A stretch of 59,858 bases of DNA from Candidatus Omnitrophota bacterium (GTDB lineage Bacteria > Omnitrophota > Gorgyraeia > Zapsychrales > Zapsychraceae). Below, one piece after another: positions 29,506-37,072 of the stretch (position 1 is the stretch's first letter; every line of letters begins with the position of its first letter). Location of the stretch: assembly GCA_015233495.1 (NCBI GenBank), contig JADFXQ010000006.1, positions 1 through 59,858 on the forward strand, in the 5' to 3' direction. The notes beneath the pieces were generated by a model. The model was not told the DNA's origin, did no database searches, and was given only the letters and a program-made list of their open reading frames with translations. The position numbers and the translations under genes are program-made.

Positions 29506-30378
29506 ATGAAAAAAATCTTTAGTTTGATATTACTCGGGGCAATGATCTTTTTTTTCAGCGTTGAACGCGCCATTGCGGGGGAGGTGTTGAAATTTGTGAT
29601 TATGGTTTCGGACAAGCCTGCGGAAGAGGCGCCGAAATACGCCGCTCTAGCCAAGTATATTAAAACTAGCGTCCTGGGGATTGGCGAGATTAAGCTGGAA
29701 ACCGCACAGGATTATGCCGCGGCAGCCGCGATGTTCAAATCCGGCTCTGTGGACGGGATGTTCGCCGGTTCATTTGTCGCGGCGGTGTTTATCAAGCAAG
29801 GCGCGGCGGTTCCGGTTGTCCGCCCTGTTTTAGAGAACGATGTCTCTACGTATAAAGCAATTATTGTCGCGCTTAACGGCACGCCGGCATTCACCGGGCC
29901 GGCGGATCTGAAGGGAAAAAAAGTCGCCTATTGCGCCTATGCTTCTTCCGGCGAAGTTTTCGCGCGGAGTCTCATTGAAGGCGCTGACCCAAAAACATTT
30001 TTTACGCCGTTGATTAAAGCCAGCCACAGTTCCGCTTTACAGGATGTGATATTAAAACGCGCCGATTACGCGATTGTGAAAAATTTGACTTATAAAGACG
30101 GCGCGGCATATCCCGGAACCATTGTGGCGGGCGGCGACACGGCCGAAAATCCCAATAACACCTTGATTCTCGCTAAGAAAACTTATGACAAATACGGGGC
30201 GCAGATTGAAACAGCCTTGGTTCAAGTGGCAATCAGCGCTGATCCAGCCGCGCAGGAGCTAAAAAAGCTTTTTAAGGCAAAGGGTTTTGTGAAGACCACG
30301 GCAGGGGATTTTGAACACACCTACTCGATTATGGCGAATGCAAAAATAGACCCGGCCACTTTTAATTTCAACTGGTAA
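29506..30378 (+). CDS. PhnD-like phosphate/phosphonate-binding protein (orphan)
   Basis: Signal peptide; YKAIIV, LKGKKVAY, SSGEVF, SHSSAL. Confidence 0.75.
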   Translation: MKKIFSLILLGAMIFFFSVERAIAGEVLKFVIMVSDKPAEEAPKYAALAKYIKTSVLGIGEIKLETAQDYAAAAAMFKSGSVDGMFAGSFVAAVFIKQGAAVPVVRPVLENDVSTYKAIIVALNGTPAFTGPADLKGKKVAYCAYASSGEVFARSLIEGADPKTFFTPLIKASHSSALQDVILKRADYAIVKNLTYKDGAAYPGTIVAGGDTAENPNNTLILAKKTYDKYGAQIETALVQVAISADPAAQELKKLFKAKGFVKTTAGDFEHTYSIMANAKIDPATFNFNW

Positions 30379-30384
30379 ACGTCT

Positions 30385-31170
30385 ATGCTCTCTGAGCAGA
30401 TTAAATCTTTAGAAAAAGAAGCGCAAAAAGTGCTCGAAGCGCAAAAATATGAGGACGCGTCCAAGTTGTTTTTACGGGCAGCGCAGGCATATCAGGAATT
30501 GGGACAGCATCAGGAGGCGGCTCTGAGTTTTAGCTCCGCGGCCGGGTGTTCAGAGTTTCAGGCAGGTAAGCAGTCTTTATTTTATTACGCGGCGGATTAT
30601 TATGAAAAAGCGGCGAAAGAAGCGGAATTAGCCGCGGATTTTGAATATGCCAGTATGCTTTATAAACACGCGGGAATCTGTTATGAACGAGATCTGGAAT
30701 ATGTGGGATTTTCCGAATGTTTTTATTTATCCAAGGAATGTTACCGGCGGTCTCTTTTGCCCAGGTTCTGGCTTTGGCAGCGGCCGCCGGGTTTGGTAAA
30801 AACGCCGACCAAATTCGATTTGTTCAGCCAGATCAAGCGGATATTCGCCTGGTTTTCGCTGACTGTTTCCGCTATGGTATGGGGTCATGGCGAACGGCCG
30901 CACCGCACATTCATTTTTGGTTTTTGTTTGATGTTTTGCGCCGCCTTGGTGTACACCCAGGGCCAATTGATGATGGACTCCGTGATCACGAAACCGAGTT
31001 TTTTGGAATCAATTTATTTCAGTTATATTACGGTGACGCGCATTGGTTATGGCGATATTGTGCCCATCGGTTTTAATAAAGTGGTCGCGCTTTGTGAGGA
31101 ATTTATCGGCATTTTTCTGATTCCGATTTTTATAACCGGCTTATGCCGCAAATATTTACGTTTTTGGTAA
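30385..31170 (+). CDS. SNAP/TPR-like helical domain fused to a two-TM K+-channel-like pore
   Basis: Helical repeats, WGHGERP, pore segment IYFSYITVTRIGYGD. Confidence 0.75.
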   Translation: MLSEQIKSLEKEAQKVLEAQKYEDASKLFLRAAQAYQELGQHQEAALSFSSAAGCSEFQAGKQSLFYYAADYYEKAAKEAELAADFEYASMLYKHAGICYERDLEYVGFSECFYLSKECYRRSLLPRFWLWQRPPGLVKTPTKFDLFSQIKRIFAWFSLTVSAMVWGHGERPHRTFIFGFCLMFCAALVYTQGQLMMDSVITKPSFLESIYFSYITVTRIGYGDIVPIGFNKVVALCEEFIGIFLIPIFITGLCRKYLRFW

Positions 31171-31257
31171 ACAGCGAATAGAAATCGCTTTTCAGCAGCC
31201 GATTTTCCAGTTTACGATTTCAACATTTTCAACAGTTTTATCCACAGGTTAGCCGCA

Positions 31258-32214
31258 GTGTTAATGCCTTTTTCCGGAAAAAAATCTCCGCTCGTATCCT
31301 ATGACGAAACGCGTCCTTATTTGGGCGCGTATGTGCGGATTCATTTTTATTATGAATCAAAACGGGATATTGAGGCAGTATTGCGGCGATGTTGGGACAA
31401 AGTGGAAGCTGTCCACCGGCACATGAATGTTCATGCGACAACCCTGGAAGGGGATTTGAGCCGTTTGAACGCGGGCGGATTAAGCGGTGTACGCGTTAAT
31501 CCGGATGTTTATCAAATAATTAAAAACTCCCTCGCATATTCCCGTAAAACGCAAGGGGCTTATGATATTACGGTTTTTCCTTTGATTGAACAATGGAAAA
31601 AAGCAGCGGCAAAGGGCAGAATGCCGGATAAAAACGATTTGGAAGCGGCCAAGGAAAAAGTCGGATATCAAAATCTGCGGCTGGAAGCGCCGGACAGGGT
31701 GTTTTTTCAAAAACCCGGGATGAAAATCGATTTAGGATCGCCGGCTTCGGGATTTGTCTGTGATGAGATAGCTAAAATATTAAGCAGTAATAAGATACAA
31801 CATTTTTTGCTTGATGGCGGTGGCGAGATTTTTTGCCGGGGGAAGGATCAGGGAATCAAACCCTGGGTGATCGGGATTCAGGATCCCTTTAATAAAGACA
31901 AATTGCACAGTATTGTTCACTTGCAAGACAAAGGCATTTCTACTTCCGGCAGTTATGAGAAATTTTACCGGATCGGGACAGAGACTTTTTCCCATATTAT
32001 TGATCCGGTCAGCGGATATCCGCAAAAATTTGTGGTGAGCGCGAGTGCGATGGCTCCAACTACAGAAGCTGCGAATCAATTGTCAACTGCGTTTTCTGTA
32101 TTAGGCGCAAGGCAAGCCATGCGGCTGGCTAGCGTTTTAAATGACGTGGAAGCGTTGGTTATCGAAAACCATGAAGGGATCATTACCCAATATCAAACCG
32201 CGGGTTTTCGTTGA
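31258..32214 (+). CDS. apbE: FAD:protein FMN transferase, no clear signal peptide
   Basis: YDITVFPL, DLGS, GGEI, STSGSYE, HIIDP; true start uncertain. Confidence 0.85.
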   Translation: MLMPFSGKKSPLVSYDETRPYLGAYVRIHFYYESKRDIEAVLRRCWDKVEAVHRHMNVHATTLEGDLSRLNAGGLSGVRVNPDVYQIIKNSLAYSRKTQGAYDITVFPLIEQWKKAAAKGRMPDKNDLEAAKEKVGYQNLRLEAPDRVFFQKPGMKIDLGSPASGFVCDEIAKILSSNKIQHFLLDGGGEIFCRGKDQGIKPWVIGIQDPFNKDKLHSIVHLQDKGISTSGSYEKFYRIGTETFSHIIDPVSGYPQKFVVSASAMAPTTEAANQLSTAFSVLGARQAMRLASVLNDVEALVIENHEGIITQYQTAGFR

Positions 32215-32332
32215 TTTTGCGCTATCCGCTTGATTGGCAAGGCGTTTTATGCCTGGCCCAACCAGGATCTCGACGCGTATTGCCTCAACGTTTTCAACAT
32301 TTTTCCTTCGGACATCCTGGGCAAAAAACTTC

Positions 32333-32362
32333 TTGACCTTCTCCTAAACTGTTTGTTACAAT
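32333..32362 (+). promoter_or_regulatory. sigma70 promoter upstream of the magnetosome superoperon
   Basis: TTGACC (32333-32338), 18 nt, extended TG, TACAAT (32357-32362); AT-rich leader follows. Confidence 0.6.
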
Positions 32363-32533
32363 GCGACACTATTTATCATTTATTTATTATCGTATATGTC
32401 CATTTTGTACTGTATATGCCGTCGGTTAAGAGCATTGGAGACATGATTTATTAGTAAGGGGCGGACCTTGCCTGCCTGCCGGCAGCCCCTACACATAATT
32501 TGGATAGCAATAATTTATTATATTCTTTTATTT

Positions 32534-32902
32534 ATGCAAGCTGATTTTTTTACTACATCCCAAGCTGCCAAGTATTTGCATGTGACGCGTTTCACAGTGC
32601 TGAATTGGATCAAGCAAGGAAAATTGCCGGCCGTTTCCACGCTCGGCGGTCACCAGCGGATAGCAAAAGCGTTGGTACTTTCTGCCGCGAAATTCAAACG
32701 GAGCAACGGGTTGAAACTGCCTCCGGCAACGCGGCAGGTTTCGGCAAATCTTTTGGCGCCTGTTCCGGTCAAAAGATCAGCGCCGGTTAGGTCGAAAAAT
32801 AATCCGAATATAGTTGAAGTTTTAAAAAAAGGCGCGTTTTCTTCCGGCAAATATATAGCGGCGATAACGCACAAATTTAATCACAATAATAAAGAAAATT
32901 GA
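32534..32902 (+). CDS. excisionase-like HTH (HTH_17) DNA-binding protein
   Basis: FTTSQAAKYLHVTRFTVLNWIKQGKL..TLGGHQRI; start moved to ATG 32534. Confidence 0.8.
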   Translation: MQADFFTTSQAAKYLHVTRFTVLNWIKQGKLPAVSTLGGHQRIAKALVLSAAKFKRSNGLKLPPATRQVSANLLAPVPVKRSAPVRSKNNPNIVEVLKKGAFSSGKYIAAITHKFNHNNKEN

Positions 32903-32909
32903 ACGCCTA

Positions 32910-34214
32910 ATGGATAAAGTTGAAGTCATTATTGTGGGCGCCGGGCCATCCGGTTTGACTTGCGCTTACACGCTTGCCAAAGCGGGCGTGGAAGTTGTGG
33001 TCATTGAGCGCGGGGAATATCCCGGCGCGAAAAATATGTTTGGCGGGATATTTTTTTCCAGCATCATGTCGAAAATATTCCCGGATTTTTTTGCAGACGC
33101 GCCTTGGGAAAGGTTTGTCGGAAAAAGAAAATTTTCACTGTTGGCCGGCAACAGCGAGATGGCTTTTGACTTTACTCCCAGCGCGTTTAATGAGCCGCCG
33201 TATAATCATTCGTTTATGGCGCGGCGCGGCAGCATGGACCAGTGGCTGGCGAAAAAAGCGGAAGCCGCGGGCGCGAGCATTATCAACAATTATTGCGTGA
33301 GCGATTTTTTGTATGAACACGACAAAGTGGTCGGGATCACCAGCGGCGGCGACCATGATACCTTGCTGGCGGACGTGATTGTCTGCGCGGAAGGCGCGAA
33401 TTCCCTGCTTTCCGAAAAGGCGCGGCTGCGCAAAAAAATCATGGCGGGCCGGCGGTCAATCGCGGTGAAGGAAAATATCCGTTTGCCGCGCGCCGTGATT
33501 GAAGACCGGTTTGGTTTGACCGGACGGCAAGGCGCGGCGTATGAATATTTCGGCGCTTCGGTGCAAGGCCTGTTGGGCAACGGATTTATTTACACGAATC
33601 AGGACAGTTTGTCGGTCGGTGTGGGATTTTCGTTGAGCGATTTCACCAAAACTCAGACAGATAAGAATCCCAACGATATCCTCGATGAATTTAAAAGTCA
33701 TCCGGTGATTGCGCCGTTGTTGCGCGGCGGGGAAACCATGGAATACATGGCGCACATGATCCCGTCGGACGGGTATGATTATCTGCCGAAACTTTATCGG
33801 GACGGGCTGTTGGTTGTCGGAGACGCGGCCGGGCTGTTGAACACGTCATTTTTTCATGAAGGCGTCAATCTGGCCATGGCCTCGGGCATTTTCGCAGCGG
33901 AAACGGTCATCGCGGCGCGGGAGCAAAAGGATTTCAGCGCGGACACCCTGGAGTTTTATGAAGAAAAACTCAAAAAAAGTTTTGTGCTCCAGGACTTGAA
34001 AAATTGCAAAAATTTTCTGTCATTTTTGCACAAACACAAATCGCTCATCAATGATTATCCGGTGTTGTTGAATAATGTTTTGGTCGATTATTTTCAGGTT
34101 TGCGAGAAGCCGAAAATCCAAATCAAAAAAGAAATTTTTCAGCGGGTCAAGAAAAACGTGAAATTCACCCGCGTGGCCTGGGATATGTGGGGAGCGTGGA
34201 GCAATTTGATATGA
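32910..34214 (+). CDS. fixC: FixC-like FAD oxidoreductase
   Basis: GAGPSG, ERGEYPGAKNMFGG, VVGDAAG, EGVNLAMASG. Confidence 0.88.
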   Translation: MDKVEVIIVGAGPSGLTCAYTLAKAGVEVVVIERGEYPGAKNMFGGIFFSSIMSKIFPDFFADAPWERFVGKRKFSLLAGNSEMAFDFTPSAFNEPPYNHSFMARRGSMDQWLAKKAEAAGASIINNYCVSDFLYEHDKVVGITSGGDHDTLLADVIVCAEGANSLLSEKARLRKKIMAGRRSIAVKENIRLPRAVIEDRFGLTGRQGAAYEYFGASVQGLLGNGFIYTNQDSLSVGVGFSLSDFTKTQTDKNPNDILDEFKSHPVIAPLLRGGETMEYMAHMIPSDGYDYLPKLYRDGLLVVGDAAGLLNTSFFHEGVNLAMASGIFAAETVIAAREQKDFSADTLEFYEEKLKKSFVLQDLKNCKNFLSFLHKHKSLINDYPVLLNNVLVDYFQVCEKPKIQIKKEIFQRVKKNVKFTRVAWDMWGAWSNLI

Positions 34215-34525
34215 CAAACAATAAAAAAACAGCGCTGCATTCGCCTGAAAAACAGTTGACGCTGGAAGACAAGCTTTTTTTGGTTAAGACGAAAAAGGAC
34301 ACGGTCAGTCATATCAAAGTTAATTCCAAAATGTGCAAACATTGCGCGTCTAAAATGTGTCTGATTGTGTGTCCGGCCAAAACTTATGAAGAGCGCAAAG
34401 GGGTGATTGAAGCCAATTATGAAAATTGTTTGGAGTGCGGCAGCTGCCGCGTCATTTGCACTGACGGGGCGATTGAATGGGAAAATCCCCGGGGGGGATT
34501 TGGAGTCACGTTTATCAATGGGTAA
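34211..34525 (+). CDS. fixX: FixX-like ferredoxin
   Basis: CKHC..MCLIVCPA and NCLECGSCRVIC, WENPRGGFGV; ATGA overlap with fixC. Confidence 0.88.
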   Translation: MTNNKKTALHSPEKQLTLEDKLFLVKTKKDTVSHIKVNSKMCKHCASKMCLIVCPAKTYEERKGVIEANYENCLECGSCRVICTDGAIEWENPRGGFGVTFING

Positions 34526-34570
34526 AGAAATTAAATATTCCAAAAAGGAAGTCTACGAAAGGAGTTATCA

Positions 34571-34741
34571 ATGGCGCATATTATCGGGGGAGCAATCGCT
34601 GCGGTACTGGGAATCTGCGGGATTATCGGCTGGTGGGATAATTTCGGCGATTTTTTAAGAGGCGGCGTGCCGTTGTTTTTGCTTATCGGCGGATTGATCG
34701 CTTTGAATACCGGACTCAAATTGACCCGGGGCAAACAATAA
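34571..34741 (+). CDS. mamI: magnetosome membrane protein MamI (56 aa, absent from the ORF track)
   Basis: Translated by hand: MAHIIGGAIAAVLGICGIIGWWDNFGDFLRGGVPLFLLIGGLIALNTGLKLTRGKQ; two TM helices with WW..F..G.P; AAGGAG RBS. Confidence 0.75.
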   Translation: MAHIIGGAIAAVLGICGIIGWWDNFGDFLRGGVPLFLLIGGLIALNTGLKLTRGKQ

Positions 34742-34756
34742 AGCGCGGGATGTTTT

Positions 34757-34978
34757 ATGATCGGTAAAACAGACAAATGCCTTAATCCTTGGTTTGGTTT
34801 TCTCATCATTTTATCGGTTTGCGTGGTGATTTCGGCAGCTATTTTCTACGAGTTCCGGGGGAACCCCGGGCATCGGCGGCCGCATCGGAAGACCGCGCCG
34901 CGTCAAACCGTGACGCCGGCGGCAGCGCCGAGTGCGGGGGGCGGTGTGGCGCCCGCCGCGGATAAATTGACGTTTTAA
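34757..34978 (+). CDS. small single-TM protein with His/Arg-rich tail
   Basis: 73 aa filling the mamI-mamE gap exactly; GHRRPHRK segment. Confidence 0.65.
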   Translation: MIGKTDKCLNPWFGFLIILSVCVVISAAIFYEFRGNPGHRRPHRKTAPRQTVTPAAAPSAGGGVAPAADKLTF

Positions 34979-34994
34979 ACGGAGTTTAAAAAGC

Positions 34995-36419
34995 ATGTCT
35001 GACCAAGACGATTCATTTTGCAGTAAACCGCTGGGCCCCTGGATCGCCGGTTTGGTAGTGACGGCAGTGATGTTGGTTTTCTGGGTGGTAATGCGGCGGG
35101 AAGATATTAAGAACGTAATGGACGCGGAAAACGGCACGCCCAACACGGTGAAACCGCCGAATCCGGGCGACCCGAAATTTCCCGGACCGGTTCAGCAGGC
35201 GGCTTTTCCTCAGCCGGCCGCGGTTTCGCGCGTCACATCCAATGGCGGCCCGCAGGCCTACGCGCAAAATAATCGTAATAACGCCAATTACGCGCCGGCG
35301 GCGATAACCAAAGCCACGCCCAACGGAGGTATGCAATTGGTTGCCGGCACGGACAGCAAATTTCAAAACTCTTTAAAAGACGCAGTCAACGCAATCATCC
35401 CGTCGGTGTGCGATATTCATGCCCGCCGGGTGGTAAGTGTGCCGGCGCCGGTCAATACGAATAATCAAGACCCGCGTTTCGCGCCGAATTTTGACGGGAC
35501 GATTGATAAATTCATTGAAAACAAAGGGTATGAAAATATCGGCGCCGGGATCTTTGTCGACGAGCGCGGTTATATATTGACCAATTATCATGTGACCAAA
35601 GACGCGACTGACATTTTCGTGACGATCACGGGAAATCCGACCCGCGACGTGCGCGCTGACATTGTCGCGCAGGAACCGACATTGGATTTGGCGGTGATCA
35701 AGGTGCGCGCGGACGGCCCGTTTCCGGAAGTCAAACTCGGGGATTCGAGTTTTTGCCAGATTGGCGATTATGTCGTAGCGGTGGGCAGTCCGTTCGGCAT
35801 GGAACAGACAGTGACGAGCGGCATTATCAGCGGCATCCGTAAATCCGTCGCGATTCAAGGAGTGCGATACGAAAATTTGTTTCAAACCGACGCGCCGATC
35901 AACCATGGTTCTTCCGGCGGACCGCTGGTGGATTTAAACGGCGATGTCATCGGACTCAATACCGCGATCTACGCGCCGACCGGTGTTTTTAACGGCACCG
36001 GATTCGCCATTCCCATCAATGATTGCAAAGATTTTTTGACGCAGGCGTTGCAGCGTAATTTTCCCGTGCCGGTTAATCGTAAAGGCATGGTCGCGGCAGC
36101 GCTGCCCAAAGTGACGGCCATGGACGCGTCGATTCCGGTGCGGTTCGGCTTGGAAGTCATGCCGGTCAACAGCGTGATTGCCAAGCAGTTTGGCATAACT
36201 CCTGGCCAAGGCGTTTTGGTTAACCGGGTGATGGATGAAAGCGCCGCCAGTTTCGCGGGTATCCAACGCGGCGATGTGGTGACGGCGATTGCCGGCGTGC
36301 CGGTCGCTTCCGGAGAGGATATTAAAAAAATCGTGGCGCATTTTCGAACCGGGGACAGCGTAAATGTCCGTATTTTAAGAAACGGAAAAACTGACGAGAT
36401 TTTAGTGAAACTTCAGTAG
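34995..36419 (+). CDS. mamE: magnetosome HtrA-type serine protease MamE (TM-protease-PDZ)
   Basis: Triad TNYHV, DLAVI, GSSGG; C-terminal PDZ; no CxxCH; mam context. Confidence 0.8.
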   Translation: MSDQDDSFCSKPLGPWIAGLVVTAVMLVFWVVMRREDIKNVMDAENGTPNTVKPPNPGDPKFPGPVQQAAFPQPAAVSRVTSNGGPQAYAQNNRNNANYAPAAITKATPNGGMQLVAGTDSKFQNSLKDAVNAIIPSVCDIHARRVVSVPAPVNTNNQDPRFAPNFDGTIDKFIENKGYENIGAGIFVDERGYILTNYHVTKDATDIFVTITGNPTRDVRADIVAQEPTLDLAVIKVRADGPFPEVKLGDSSFCQIGDYVVAVGSPFGMEQTVTSGIISGIRKSVAIQGVRYENLFQTDAPINHGSSGGPLVDLNGDVIGLNTAIYAPTGVFNGTGFAIPINDCKDFLTQALQRNFPVPVNRKGMVAAALPKVTAMDASIPVRFGLEVMPVNSVIAKQFGITPGQGVLVNRVMDESAASFAGIQRGDVVTAIAGVPVASGEDIKKIVAHFRTGDSVNVRILRNGKTDEILVKLQ

Positions 36420-36438
36420 CAGGAATTGGGTGACACAT

Positions 36439-37053
36439 ATGAAAACAAAAAAAACAACGAACGCCTGGAAAGTGCGGATTCAAAATTTTGTCGGTCGCGA
36501 GCCGGTTTTAGCCGCGGGGATTGTCATTTTCGCGCTGATTACCTTTTTTTGGGTATTGTCTTCCTTGGAATTGATTCCGGAACGGGCACAGCGCGTTACT
36601 GCGCCCAACGGAACGGTCTTTGAACCCGGCGACAGTGTGCAATGGATCGGGATGGATGTGATTCCTCTTACCCGGACAATCCGCAAGGAATTTAAAATTC
36701 CCGGCAAGATCAAAGGGATGTTTGTCCAAAACGAAGGCAAAGATTTGGCGCAAAGGTACGGGGTGAAGACCGGCGATATTTTAGTTTCGATCGGGCGCAA
36801 ATCAGTCGCTACTCAGAAAACTTTTGTTAATGTCGCCAACAATGTGAAATATTCGGACGGGATTTTGCTGGAGATCTTCCGCGACGGAAAAATATTTTAT
36901 TTGACGATTCCTTTTGAATATCAGTACGGGCCGCTTTTGGGCCCGAATAAAGGCAGCTGGCAGTTGGGATCGCCGGTTTTTGGACAGGCGTTTCCTTATG
37001 GGCCGGTGTTCCCGGGAAATAATCCGGGTAATAATCAGCAAAATAGACGATAG
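36439..37053 (+). CDS. TM-PDZ protein resembling MamE C-terminal part (mamE-Cter-like)
   Basis: QWIGMDVIPLT PDZ start, GVKTGDIL, GPNKGSWQL tail. Confidence 0.6.
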   Translation: MKTKKTTNAWKVRIQNFVGREPVLAAGIVIFALITFFWVLSSLELIPERAQRVTAPNGTVFEPGDSVQWIGMDVIPLTRTIRKEFKIPGKIKGMFVQNEGKDLAQRYGVKTGDILVSIGRKSVATQKTFVNVANNVKYSDGILLEIFRDGKIFYLTIPFEYQYGPLLGPNKGSWQLGSPVFGQAFPYGPVFPGNNPGNNQQNRR

Positions 37054-37072
37054 CAATCTTAAAGGGGTTTCT

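Noticed and set aside
31217-31246. Possible oriC
   Set aside because: One perfect and two degenerate DnaA boxes in a <90-bp gap, with no dnaA/dnaN context or unwinding element
32370-32395. Possible Fur box in the mam leader (tatttatcatttatttattatc)
   Set aside because: Only a GATAAT half-site on the reverse strand; too weak in AT-rich DNA
32230-32454. 74-aa ORF upstream of the HTH gene
   Set aside because: TTG start without RBS, AT-rich, overlaps the predicted promoter; likely non-coding
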